In this document: positions 18,083-28,017 of the stretch, piece after piece
Position numbering within the stretch: position 1 is the stretch's first letter
Layout of the letters: every line of letters starts with the position of its first letter
DNA from: Promethearchaeota archaeon
GTDB taxonomy: Archaea > Asgardarchaeota > Lokiarchaeia > Sigyniarchaeales > SOKP01
Direction of reading: 5' to 3'
Assembly: GCA_011364925.1 (NCBI GenBank)
Contig: RDOA01000001.1
Coordinates: 61,997 to 125,996, forward strand
Length of the DNA: 64,000 nt
Notes under the pieces: model-generated
Seen by the model: the letters and a program-made list of their open reading frames with translations, nothing else
Told to the model about the DNA's origin: nothing
Database searches by the model: none
Position numbers and translations under genes: made by a program

Positions 18083-21025
18083 TTAATTCTTCTTATTAAA
18101 CGGTACCTCGTCTTTATATTGAGGATCATAAAGATGGCAAGCCACGAAATACTCTGGTTCAACTTCTATGCTTTTCGGTATTATAGAATTACATGGTTTA
18201 AAGCGATATTGACAACGAGGGTGAAATCGACATCCTGAGGGGGGATATATTAGATTTGGCACGAGTCCAGGGATAACTTCAAGTTCCTCTTTCTTTTTTC
18301 CTATAACAGGTATCGACGCAATAAGACCCTTTGTATACGGATGAGATGGGCTCTCGAAGATTCTATAAACATCTCCATATTCAACTATAAACCCACTATA
18401 CATAACTGCGACTCTATCACACATTTTTGATATGATTCCAAGATCATGCGTGATAAAAAGAATTGAGGTATTGTATTTTTGCTTAAGATTCTTCATTAAT
18501 TGAAGAATTTGATTCTGGATTGTTACATCCAATGCGGTTGTAGGCTCATCTGCGATTAATAATTTAGGACTACACGCAAGCGCCATAGCAACTTGAATTC
18601 TTTGGCGCATCCCCCCACTTAATTCGTGGGGATATAGGTTATAAACGCGTCCTGGGGCGGGAATGTTAAGGTCTCTTAGTAATTGCTCACTCAACTCTCG
18701 AGCAATACTGTATATACTTTCGTCGGGATGTTTCATTGCTTCGACGAGAAGTTCATTTTCCATGTGTAGGAGAAATACTTCCGAGATCTGTCTACCTACT
18801 TTAAAAACTGGATTTAGAGAATTAAGAGGGTCTTGAAATATCATCGTGATCTTGTTTCCGCGATAACTTAATATTTCCTTTTCAGATTTTTGGAGTAAAT
18901 TTTCACCTTCAAATATCACTCTTCCACTCTCAATTTTCCCGGGAGGTCGAACGACCTGAAGTATAGATAAAGCAGTAACTGATTTCCCACAACCTGTTTC
19001 TCCTACAAGGCCAAGAGTTTCCCCTTCATAAATTTTAAAAGAAACTCCTTCTACTGCGCGTACAACTCCTTCTTCACTGTAGAAATAAGTCGTTAGACCA
19101 TTCACATCCAAGATAACTTTTCTTTCTTCAATCTTTATAGGTTGAACTTGAGTTTCCGCCACTGAAGTTAATATTTTTTGGCTTTTTCTCATTTCTTCCT
19201 TGAAGTATTCTGGACGGAACTTAACTCTTAAAGAAACGGCAAAAGAAATGAGAAATATAAATATATCGATAATAAGATGCACACGTATGTCCTGAACATT
19301 AAAATGATAATTTGGTAAAATTCTTAGAAAGACACTTGACAAGATTTCAATAATAATTATACCTACGAAAAATGTGATAATTTCAACACTGAACACGAAA
19401 TTTAAGGAGCGTCTAAACTTTTTATTATAAAGCTTCATAACGATAACTGACCCAATAACGATGTCTATAGCTAGAATAAGAAGATCGTTTAGAAGATTAT
19501 TACCAAAGTTATAGACGAACAATAATTTAAGTGGTAAATTTATAATCAACCATAATGAATTAATAACAACTGCCTTTCTAAGAGAAGCGTCAAAATCTCT
19601 TTTACTTGAAAGCCATTTCGTAATATATACTCCTAATAGAAAAGTCGTAATCAAAAAAACTATTATAGAGAAAAAATCAGAACTGATGGTTTTGTAGATA
19701 CCTGTAAAAAAATAATAATAAATAAAGAAGAGCGGAACTACCCAGACCCAAAGTAGAACTATTCCACCAAAGTAACTGGAATCTCTAAGAAATTTTTTAG
19801 AGATCTGGTTCTCGCTAGGGATAAGTCTGTTAAAAATGAAATTAATGGAAATGTCGATAAGAATCATAAAAAAAGCAAACTGAACACTAAGAGTAAATAT
19901 ATCAAAAACAGGACTTAAGTTAGGTAATAATTGTAATAAATTAATGAATACAATGACCAAAACGACGATCCACAGAAGTCCTACGATGATATACTTGTAT
20001 ATCTTTCTGTTTCTTCTTGTCGGATGAGCGTTTTCGTCTAAAAAACGAAATTTTCTAAGTTTTTTCAATATAAAGAAGTAAATATTATTAGAAACACTTT
20101 CTGCAAGATAAACAATATTTTCTTGCTCGTTATAACTAACATCAAGATCTTGAGCGCCTACTACAGAATCCTTTTCTTTAAATTGCTGAATTTGTAACGA
20201 TTTGTCGTTCTCTTTCATTACCGCTTCTAGAATCTTTTTCTTACTTCTTATAGCTGCTTCTGGTAAAAATTTAGTTCGTAATAGATTGAAATAACTCACA
20301 ATAAATACACCCAAGATAATTACAATTATCACACGAAGGTCTTGTTTTATAATAGTTAATCCGAAGAGGCGAGATAAATACATTTCAAAAATTATAAATT
20401 GAACGAACCAGATCCCAAACGAGATGATTCCACTTGCGATCAATGAATTTCTAAGTTCAATGTTTGGAATTTGTTTCTCAATAGGTTTAGCTTTGTTAAT
20501 TAAATAGGTTAGTACTATAAGAAGAAGGACGGTTAAAAAAGCCGTGAAAACCCCAATATATAACATATCGTAATTCGCATACTTTATATCCCATACCAAG
20601 TGAAGTCCTAATATCTCAAACGAGAGAAATACTGCTGCTATACTCCAAACTACACCATCTATTATTAAGAATTTTTTTTTGTGTCTTTTAAATAATAGAT
20701 CGCCATCTTTGGAAGAAAATGATTTGTTAAATATTCTAAAAAAGGCTTTGTATAGGGGAAAATATATGGTTATTACTATTGCAAAAAAGAGATAATAGTT
20801 ATTCAAATATCCAATTATCGGATAATAATATTCTATACTTTCAATAACAGCTCCGATGCCGTATATAGTGCCAAAGACTATTATTAAGCTTAAAACTAAG
20901 CTTTTTGTATTTGTTAGTATCCTTTTATCCTTTGGGAGTAGTTTATTTATTAAACTAATAATCAAGCTTAATATTAACAAAATGACAACATCTTCAACCA
21001 GAAGAAATCGATAATTAAAAGCCAT
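18083..21025 (-). CDS. oppD: OppD/DppD-type ABC ATPase fused to a duplicated ~15-TM N-terminal region
   Basis: C-terminal ~345 aa closely match the ATPase at 355-2331; N-terminal ~600 aa contain two related hydrophobic blocks. Confidence 0.88.
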   Translation of the reverse strand: MAFNYRFLLVEDVVILLILSLIISLINKLLPKDKRILTNTKSLVLSLIIVFGTIYGIGAVIESIEYYYPIIGYLNNYYLFFAIVITIYFPLYKAFFRIFNKSFSSKDGDLLFKRHKKKFLIIDGVVWSIAAVFLSFEILGLHLVWDIKYANYDMLYIGVFTAFLTVLLLIVLTYLINKAKPIEKQIPNIELRNSLIASGIISFGIWFVQFIIFEMYLSRLFGLTIIKQDLRVIIVIILGVFIVSYFNLLRTKFLPEAAIRSKKKILEAVMKENDKSLQIQQFKEKDSVVGAQDLDVSYNEQENIVYLAESVSNNIYFFILKKLRKFRFLDENAHPTRRNRKIYKYIIVGLLWIVVLVIVFINLLQLLPNLSPVFDIFTLSVQFAFFMILIDISINFIFNRLIPSENQISKKFLRDSSYFGGIVLLWVWVVPLFFIYYYFFTGIYKTISSDFFSIIVFLITTFLLGVYITKWLSSKRDFDASLRKAVVINSLWLIINLPLKLLFVYNFGNNLLNDLLILAIDIVIGSVIVMKLYNKKFRRSLNFVFSVEIITFFVGIIIIEILSSVFLRILPNYHFNVQDIRVHLIIDIFIFLISFAVSLRVKFRPEYFKEEMRKSQKILTSVAETQVQPIKIEERKVILDVNGLTTYFYSEEGVVRAVEGVSFKIYEGETLGLVGETGCGKSVTALSILQVVRPPGKIESGRVIFEGENLLQKSEKEILSYRGNKITMIFQDPLNSLNPVFKVGRQISEVFLLHMENELLVEAMKHPDESIYSIARELSEQLLRDLNIPAPGRVYNLYPHELSGGMRQRIQVAMALACSPKLLIADEPTTALDVTIQNQILQLMKNLKQKYNTSILFITHDLGIISKMCDRVAVMYSGFIVEYGDVYRIFESPSHPYTKGLIASIPVIGKKKEELEVIPGLVPNLIYPPSGCRFHPRCQYRFKPCNSIIPKSIEVEPEYFVACHLYDPQYKDEVPFNKKN

Positions 21026-21058
21026 AGAATTAATCCTTTTTTAACGTATTTTTATTTT

Positions 21059-22054
21059 TTATATATGTAATCGTGGATCTAATGCATCTCTCAATCCATC
21101 ACCAATTAGTATACATCCAATTGCGGTAATTCCTATGAACAATCCAGGCCAAAGAGATGCTCCTGGAGTATTGAAATGACCTTGAGCATACATGATATCT
21201 GCTCCCCAATTAGCTACTCGTGGGTCCCCCAAGCCTATAAAAGCAAGACCTGCTAGACCTATTACAGTAATACCCATTGCTCCAAAAAAGGATATAATAA
21301 TGGGAGAAATTGTATTTGGAAAAATATGTTTAAACATTACCCTAAATTTATCTCCACCACTACTTATTGCAGCTCTAACATAATCGTTTTGTTTTACTTG
21401 TAAAACTAAAGATCGCATAAATCTAATGTTAAAAGGTATAAAAAGAACGCCATAAATTCCAAGAACGCTATACAAATTTTTTCCAACCAAAGGAGCAAGA
21501 ACTATAACAATTATCAACATTGGTAAACTTAGGAATATATCACAGACACGCATAATGATAGTATCAACCCAACCTCCAAAATATCCCGAAATTGTTCCAA
21601 ATAAAATTCCTCCACCTATAGAAATTGCAACTGGGAACACTGCTGCTTGTAAAGTTGTCCTAGCTCCCCAGAGCAATCTCCCAAGAATATCCCATCCATA
21701 TTGCGTCGTACCTAACGGGTGTTCTGGTGATGGCGGTTGAAACGCTGCTTCTCCGGGATAAAGCGGTGGAGTTACATTCTCTAAAGTAAGTTCAGTAAGC
21801 CAGGGAGCATAAACGGCTATAAACGCTACAATTAAAACCATCAAAAAACCAACCAATGTTAATGGTGTAAGAAGTCGACGGAATAGTCTCCTCTTTGATT
21901 TTATTTTTTCAATCTGATATTCTCGAGCAGAAAACTCAGGATTTCGCCAACCAGGCATTAAATAAAATTTGATTAGATTTTTTGTGCTACTCTTCTTTCT
22001 TGAAAATTCTTCAATTTTTTCTTCTTCGCTATAAACTTGCATTATCCATATCAC
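21059..22054 (-). CDS. oppC: ABC permease OppC/DppC
   Basis: HPLGTTQYGWDILGRLLWGARTT, DYVRAAISSG..HIFPN, GDGLRDALDPR; ATG at 22042 is an alternative start. Confidence 0.92.
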   Translation of the reverse strand: MIWIMQVYSEEEKIEEFSRKKSSTKNLIKFYLMPGWRNPEFSAREYQIEKIKSKRRLFRRLLTPLTLVGFLMVLIVAFIAVYAPWLTELTLENVTPPLYPGEAAFQPPSPEHPLGTTQYGWDILGRLLWGARTTLQAAVFPVAISIGGGILFGTISGYFGGWVDTIIMRVCDIFLSLPMLIIVIVLAPLVGKNLYSVLGIYGVLFIPFNIRFMRSLVLQVKQNDYVRAAISSGGDKFRVMFKHIFPNTISPIIISFFGAMGITVIGLAGLAFIGLGDPRVANWGADIMYAQGHFNTPGASLWPGLFIGITAIGCILIGDGLRDALDPRLHI

Positions 22055-22067
22055 GCTCTATAAATCA

Positions 22068-23138
22068 TTAATTATAAGTTATCCTCGGATCGATAATTGT
22101 ATATATAACATCAGTAGCTAATGTTCCTCCAATTATAATTAAACACGAACATACTAAAAATCCATTAATAACTAAATAATCACCTAAAAATACAGCCCGA
22201 ACAAAGTAATATCCAAATCCTAAATACTGAAAAGTTGCTTCTAAGAAAATAGATCCTAAAAGTGAAGTTGTTATCGTGGTTATTATGAGATTACTTGAAG
22301 GAATTAAAGCATTCCGTAGAGCGTGAGAGTTGACGATCCTTTTTTCCGGAACTCCCTTAGCTCGCGCTGTCCGAATATAATCCTGATCCATAACATCTAG
22401 CATACTAGATCGAGTTTGTCTGGTGATACCGGCCAAAGAAGCGAAAGATATGCAAATTACTGGAATAAGTAAATGGAGGACGGTATCAAAAAAGAATCTT
22501 GGGTCGTTATTTAAAATAGAATCAATAAGGCGAAATCCAGTATAATATTCACCGTTTAATTCAAGTCCAGATGTATTCGAAAACATAATCGGGATTTGAA
22601 TTTCATTATATGTAAATCCTTTTAGAAAATCGCCAAAAAATAGTTGCAAGAGGTTACCAATAAAAAATATTGGAAATCCAGCACCTAGAACAGCAAGAAA
22701 ACGAATAGAGGTATCTTTTAATTTATCCTTGTTCGTTGAGGACACAACACCAAGCTTAACAGCTAGGATAGGTACTATAATTATCGGAACTATCATTAAT
22801 TCAAGCGTTTTAGGAAAAACCAAACTGAAAACATCGACTACAGGGGTACCTCGCATAATAATATAGGAATCACCCCAGTTTCCCGTGAAAAAATTTTGAA
22901 GATAAATAACTAACTGAACAAATACTGGTTTGTCATATCCCATTCTTCTCTCCTCCTCTTCAATCATTCTCTGGATTTGTTCAACATTTTCACCTACTGC
23001 ATTCCGTACTATGACGGGGAACACGTTCATGGATTTTGATAAAAGAAAAGTGAGTATTAAAACTATGAGTAATATTGGAACCATCATAAATATACGCTTG
23101 ACAATATATTTAATCATATTCTGAGATTGACGAGCCAT
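22068..23138 (-). CDS. oppB: ABC permease OppB/DppB
   Basis: YIVKRI, RQTRSSMLDVMDQDYIRTARAKG..HALRNAL, DVIYTIIDPRI. Confidence 0.92.
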   Translation of the reverse strand: MARQSQNMIKYIVKRIFMMVPILLIVLILTFLLSKSMNVFPVIVRNAVGENVEQIQRMIEEEERRMGYDKPVFVQLVIYLQNFFTGNWGDSYIIMRGTPVVDVFSLVFPKTLELMIVPIIIVPILAVKLGVVSSTNKDKLKDTSIRFLAVLGAGFPIFFIGNLLQLFFGDFLKGFTYNEIQIPIMFSNTSGLELNGEYYTGFRLIDSILNNDPRFFFDTVLHLLIPVICISFASLAGITRQTRSSMLDVMDQDYIRTARAKGVPEKRIVNSHALRNALIPSSNLIITTITTSLLGSIFLEATFQYLGFGYYFVRAVFLGDYLVINGFLVCSCLIIIGGTLATDVIYTIIDPRITYN

Positions 23139-23178
23139 ACTTTCTTCCTTCTCAAATTATATATTTACTTTTATCCAT

Positions 23179-23715
23179 TTATTTCGAATATTTTTCTTTT
23201 TTTCGTTCTACTGATTGTTTTAATTTCATACCTAATAAAGAACCACTTAGAGTTAATCCGATTAAGATTAAAATGTTAAGATATCCCTCGATATGAGCAA
23301 ATTGCAAAACAAAGGGCTCCAAACTGAACCCAAACATAACAAAATAAAATATAAACCCTTCCACGATTATAGTAGGAATTAACCAAATCGATGCTCTAAT
23401 TCCATAATGAGGAATGTCTTCCTTGTAGGTCAATATAAAACACACGATAAATACTAAAATTGCTCCTAGAAAAAAACTACGAATATAAGCAGTATAAGTC
23501 CATATTAAAATTGTCCTATTCATATCTAAAAAAGAAATCCAATTGCCATTCTCGTCTATAAGCATAGTATTTGCGATAATTCCATAGTATCCTAAAAGTA
23601 TTATTACATAACCTAATATAACGCCTCCTTGCCTACCCCAATTAACTTTAAAATGAGCAGGAAAATCCGTCTTATCTTGAAGTTCTTCTTCTTGAACCCT
23701 AATAGGTTTATTAAT
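23179..23715 (-). CDS. Hypothetical ~4-TM membrane protein heading the opp operon
   Basis: The frame stays open 50 codons upstream of the listed ATG (INKPIRVQEEELQDKTDFPAHFKVNWGRQGGVILGYVIILLGYYGIIANTM..), with SD-like GAGTGA before ATA/ATT at 23718/23715. Confidence 0.65.
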   Translation of the reverse strand: MNKPIRVQEEELQDKTDFPAHFKVNWGRQGGVILGYVIILLGYYGIIANTMLIDENGNWISFLDMNRTILIWTYTAYIRSFFLGAILVFIVCFILTYKEDIPHYGIRASIWLIPTIIVEGFIFYFVMFGFSLEPFVLQFAHIEGYLNILILIGLTLSGSLLGMKLKQSVERKKEKYSK

Positions 23716-23788
23716 TATTGCTCACTCAGTTTGGTTTAAACTCTATGATTCTATATTATTTTTTATCTTTATAAATGTTTGATTTGTA

Positions 23789-23805
23789 AATGTTTAATGT
23801 ATATT
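23789..23805. promoter_or_regulatory. Operator-like site overlapping the minus-strand TATA of the second opp operon
   Basis: Minus strand AAAAAG-TTTAAATATACATTAAACATT; AATATAC half-site matches the motif, the other half is degenerate. Confidence 0.4.
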
Positions 23806-23936
23806 TAAACTTTTTTTTGTTTAGTTCATTGTACTATCAAATATGTATGAATAAAATGTTGATGGAAACAAATCTATGTTGTATTCAAATCGTTCTTGTT
23901 AAGCATTAAATAAATTAAAAAAAATTTAAAGCGATT

Positions 23937-25214
23937 TTAGGCATCAAGATTTTCAATTATAGTTGCCACACCTTGTCCACCACCACAACAAGCATTAGCA
24001 ACACCATATTTTGCTTTATTGTCCTTTAGGATACGTGCTAAAGTGCCAGTAAGGCGAACCATTGTTGATGCTAGAGGGTGCCCGATAGCAGTTGATCCCC
24101 CCATTACGTTTACCTTCTCTTCTGGAATTTTAAACTTATCCATACAATTCAACGTAACGATGCAAAATGCCTCGTTAATCTCCCAAAAGTCGATATCTTC
24201 CGCTTTAAGATTAGCATATTCTAAAGCTTTACGCGTTGCGGGTACTGGACCTCTCCCCATGGTATGAGGATCTACACCTGCCCACCCTATAGAAACAATT
24301 CGTGCCATTGGTTCAAGTCCCCTTCTCTTAGCTTCTTCAGCTTCCATTAAAACTGCCGCAGTTGCTCCAGCGTTTAAAGGAGAAGAATTAGCAGCAGTTA
24401 TGACCCCTTCATCTGTCCCTTCTCTTTTAATATATCCTTCTTTTCCGCCATTTTTTTCTAAGAAAAATGGTTTGGTCAAACGAGGTAATTTTGATACTGT
24501 TTCTAATGTGGACTTTCTAGGGTTGATGTCCTTATCAACTATCATTTTCTCCTCTACGTTACCGGGTACATGACCTTCAATTGGAACTATTTCACCTTTA
24601 AACCACCCAGATTCTTGGTTTTCAATAGTTAGGTTATGGCTTCTCACTCCAAATTTGTCGAGATCTTCTTTCGTAAAGGTTGGGATTTCTTCTTCGTATA
24701 ATAGTTGAGCAGTATTTAGCATATTGAAAACATTAGCTAAATTCATCTCTGGTCGATAATATATGCTATTTTTATAAGCAACTTTTATATTGGGATCCGC
24801 ACCCTTTCCATATACTCTTGTCATATGTTCAAATCCAGTAGATAGAACAGTTTTACTGTTGCCTGTCATGATCTCCATGATTCCTACGTGCATCCCTGAG
24901 CCTGCTGACCCACATTGCCTATCAATGGAAAACGCGGGAACGCTATATGGGAACCCTGCCATAAAGAGGGGAATACGGCCTCCGTAAGTCCAATTTTCTA
25001 GTACTCCCGCAGCACATCCTACAGAGAACTCGTCGATGTCTTTTCTTTCGATTCCTTTATCTGCTAATCTTTTATCAAACATGTGCAACAAAAGCTGGGC
25101 TAATAGTTCATCTCCTCTAATTTCACCAAATACATCACTTTCAGGTTGATTTGGTCGAGATCGTGAGAATGCGGTGCGTGTGTAATCAATTAACCATACA
25201 TCTTTATTTTTCAC
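23937..25214 (-). CDS. Acetyl-CoA C-acyltransferase (thiolase)
   Basis: RQCGS catalytic Cys, EINEAF, GHPLAS, CCGGGQG. Confidence 0.93.
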   Translation of the reverse strand: MKNKDVWLIDYTRTAFSRSRPNQPESDVFGEIRGDELLAQLLLHMFDKRLADKGIERKDIDEFSVGCAAGVLENWTYGGRIPLFMAGFPYSVPAFSIDRQCGSAGSGMHVGIMEIMTGNSKTVLSTGFEHMTRVYGKGADPNIKVAYKNSIYYRPEMNLANVFNMLNTAQLLYEEEIPTFTKEDLDKFGVRSHNLTIENQESGWFKGEIVPIEGHVPGNVEEKMIVDKDINPRKSTLETVSKLPRLTKPFFLEKNGGKEGYIKREGTDEGVITAANSSPLNAGATAAVLMEAEEAKRRGLEPMARIVSIGWAGVDPHTMGRGPVPATRKALEYANLKAEDIDFWEINEAFCIVTLNCMDKFKIPEEKVNVMGGSTAIGHPLASTMVRLTGTLARILKDNKAKYGVANACCGGGQGVATIIENLDA

Positions 25215-25241
25215 TTCTAATCTTCACCAGTAATATATTTA

Positions 25242-25258
25242 AATCTACATTGTATATT
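25242..25258. promoter_or_regulatory. Operator-like site AATCTACATTGTATATT upstream of thiolase
   Basis: Near-palindromic 7-3-7 match to the motif. Confidence 0.6.
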
Positions 25259-25360
25259 ATTTCTTTTAAATTTTGCCTAGGTTATATATGTGAAAATTCA
25301 CTATTTAGTAGCATAAAAGCTAGTATTTCATTAGAAGTGCTATTTTTAAAAAACATTTTT

Positions 25361-25377
25361 AATGAGTGCTGTCTATT
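25361..25377. promoter_or_regulatory. Operator-like site AATGAGTGCTGTCTATT between thiolase and 3-hydroxyacyl-CoA dehydrogenase
   Basis: Perfect GTCTATT half-site followed by TATTGCA, as at 10770-10793. Confidence 0.55.
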
Positions 25378-25416
25378 TATTGCACATCATTAAAACTTAA
25401 AACAGAGTGATAAAAA

Positions 25417-26589
25417 GTGGAAGTAAAAAAGATTGTAATGCTTGGATTTGGGGATATGGGAAAGGGCATTGCCCAAGTATGTTTAATGGCAGGCTATAAC
25501 GTTACCGCGGTGGATGTGATTGATAAGATCATCCAACAGGGGTTAGAGTACAATAAGACTGGTTTTGAGAAGTTAGAAGAGAAAGGTAAATTACCTAAAG
25601 GTGTAACAGCAGCAACGATGATGGAAAGATTACAAGTGAATAAAAACTTAAGCGATGCGGTAAAAGACGCTGATCTTCTTATAGAAGCGGTATCAGAGAA
25701 ACCCGATCTCAAACAGCAATTATGTAGAGAGGTAATCGATAATTCACCCGAGCATTGTATATTTGCTTCGAATACATCTTCTATTAGCATAACAGAAATT
25801 GCTCAAGGTTGCGATAAACCGGAAAATGTTGTTGGAATGCATTTCTTTAATCCTGCTCCTTTGATGCGCTTGACAGAAGTGATAAAAGGAGATAAAACTT
25901 CAGAAGATACGATGGAAACTGTTGTGAAAGTCGCTAAGACCTTGCCTTGTCTTAGAGGAGAGAGATTCGTTGCGCAAGTTTTAAAAGATCGCCCTGGATT
26001 TATTGTAAATAGGGTTTTAGCACCCAATGCTATTTACACTAATTACATTGTGGATTTAGCACATGAGAAGGGAATACCGTGGGAACAGGTTGATGCTGAT
26101 TTATCTAATCCGAATGCTCCAATGTCATCGTTAACCTTAGCCGATTTTACTGGTAGAGATATAGCATATAACGCTGGTTTATATTATGCAGAGAAAATAT
26201 CAGCCGATTTCAAGCCTGGGAAAGTATTAACAATGCAATATAACGCTGGTACTTTAGGTAAAAAAACAGGAAAAGGATACTATGATTGGTCCAAAGGGAG
26301 ACCGCAGCCTGATTTATCTAAAAAAGCCGGATTAGTCGATCGTCGAGTTTTTGCGGCCATTTCTGCTAACGAAGGTTGTAGGATTTTAGAGGAAGGTGTC
26401 GTAAAGAGTTGGAAGGTTATAGATGAAGCGATTTTAGCGGGCATGAACTTTCCAGGCCCAATGCAGTATGCTACAACTAACTATAAAGAACTTAGCGATC
26501 TATTAGAAGAATACTCAGCGAAATTAGGAAAAAATTATTTAAAACCATGTGATTTACTCAAAACTGGAAAATTCGTAGAGATGCAATAA
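25417..26589 (+). CDS. 3-hydroxyacyl-CoA dehydrogenase
   Basis: GFGDMG Rossmann motif, IEAVSE, ASNTSS, GMHFFNP, PGFIVNR, GKKTGKGYY. Confidence 0.92.
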   Translation: MEVKKIVMLGFGDMGKGIAQVCLMAGYNVTAVDVIDKIIQQGLEYNKTGFEKLEEKGKLPKGVTAATMMERLQVNKNLSDAVKDADLLIEAVSEKPDLKQQLCREVIDNSPEHCIFASNTSSISITEIAQGCDKPENVVGMHFFNPAPLMRLTEVIKGDKTSEDTMETVVKVAKTLPCLRGERFVAQVLKDRPGFIVNRVLAPNAIYTNYIVDLAHEKGIPWEQVDADLSNPNAPMSSLTLADFTGRDIAYNAGLYYAEKISADFKPGKVLTMQYNAGTLGKKTGKGYYDWSKGRPQPDLSKKAGLVDRRVFAAISANEGCRILEEGVVKSWKVIDEAILAGMNFPGPMQYATTNYKELSDLLEEYSAKLGKNYLKPCDLLKTGKFVEMQ

Positions 26590-26641
26590 AAATTAAAAAA
26601 AAATCAAAAAAATTTATTTTTAGTATTTTCTTCTTGGTTTT

Positions 26642-27466
26642 TTATTCACCAGTGAACTTGGGTTCTCGTTTCTGTAGAAATGCGGTAACGCCCTCAATTA
26701 CATCTTTAGATTGGGAATTAATACCATACCCTAAATACTCAAATTGAAGCCCTATATTCAAAGGTGTTTGAGATCCGTAATCAATAGCCTTTTTTATAAC
26801 AAAAAGACTCTTTGTTGGTGCATTCCCTAACCAAGAAGCTTTTTGGTAGATAAATTCTTCAAACTTATCGTCGTCTACAAGGAAAGAGATTACTCCCCAG
26901 TTATACATTTCCTCAGCTGAATAATGTTCGCCAAAAAAAATAACAGTTTTCGTTCTTATTTTTCCAAGATTTCTAATTAGCCTCTGCGTCCCTCCATTGA
27001 ATGGAGCGATTCCTCTCTTTATTTCAGGGAAGCCGAATGTAGATCGCTTCGACGCAATAATAATATCGCAGACTAACGCGAGTTCAAATCCTCCTCCTAA
27101 AGCGTATCCATCTACAGCTGCTATTAACGGTTTGGGAAATCTCTCGATGATGTCATAATATTTTTGTCGTACATACATTGCATTACTTTGGTCCATCAAG
27201 TTTTTAGGATCTAACTCTTGGTCACCACGGCTGGACAAATCTGCACCTGCAGAAAATGCGGGCTTTTTTGTATAATCTTTAGTCCCTCTTAGCACTACGC
27301 ACCTCACAGACTTCTTGAAAGCCATACTTTCTAGCGCATCAGCGATCTCTTTTAAAGTGATATTGTGTAAAGCGTTTAGTTTATCCGGTCTATTTATTGA
27401 GACGACTGCATAATTATTATCACTATCTAATTCGACTTTTATATGTTCAAATTGCTTTTCAGACAT
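26642..27466 (-). CDS. Enoyl-CoA hydratase (crotonase)
   Basis: NRPDKLNAL, AFSAGADL, GGGFEL and FPEIKRG (both catalytic Glu); ATG 27466 behind GTGAGG is preferred to GTG 27478. Confidence 0.9.
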   Translation of the reverse strand: MSEKQFEHIKVELDSDNNYAVVSINRPDKLNALHNITLKEIADALESMAFKKSVRCVVLRGTKDYTKKPAFSAGADLSSRGDQELDPKNLMDQSNAMYVRQKYYDIIERFPKPLIAAVDGYALGGGFELALVCDIIIASKRSTFGFPEIKRGIAPFNGGTQRLIRNLGKIRTKTVIFFGEHYSAEEMYNWGVISFLVDDDKFEEFIYQKASWLGNAPTKSLFVIKKAIDYGSQTPLNIGLQFEYLGYGINSQSKDVIEGVTAFLQKREPKFTGE

Positions 27467-27544
27467 AATATTCCTCACTTTATTATAGTAATAATCTTTT
27501 TAGTAATATATTAAATTAATAACATACAAAAATATTTTTTAATA

Positions 27545-27561
27545 AATATACAATATCTATT
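27545..27561. promoter_or_regulatory. Operator-like site AATATACAATATCTATT upstream of the enoyl-CoA hydratase
   Basis: One mismatch from AATAKAC-N3-GTMTATT. Confidence 0.55.
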
Positions 27562-27761
27562 CGCACAAAGAACATCGAAAATTTATTGGGAAGAGAAGAA
27601 ACCAAGAAATTAAATTTGTTTTTAAAAAATATTGCAATGATAGTATTTTAGACTTTTTAAATAAGAGAAATTGAAGCTTTGAACCTAAATTTTCATCAAA
27701 TTTCTTTTAAAATGACCTTTAATTTAACAATTCGAAAAAAAATCAAGGCGAAAACCACACA

Positions 27762-27778
27762 AATCTACAGTGTCTATT
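27762..27778. promoter_or_regulatory. Operator-like site AATCTACAGTGTCTATT upstream of the second tetR
   Basis: Near-palindromic match to the motif. Confidence 0.6.
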
Positions 27779-28017
27779 AATTTAATATAACGCTTAAAAG
27801 TATCGATCTATCGTAAGTTCAATTATATTTAATTAAACACTCTAGTAAATTCTCAATTAAGAGATGTAGAATTCATTTTCTAATTTCTTATACATTCTTT
27901 CGTAGAACTATTTCACATTTGTCAAAATCTTTAAATAAAATAAAGATAAATTAGTATTTGAGATATTAATACTATTTAGATTCCTTAAAGAGATTATTTT
28001 ATTAAAAAAATTTTGTA

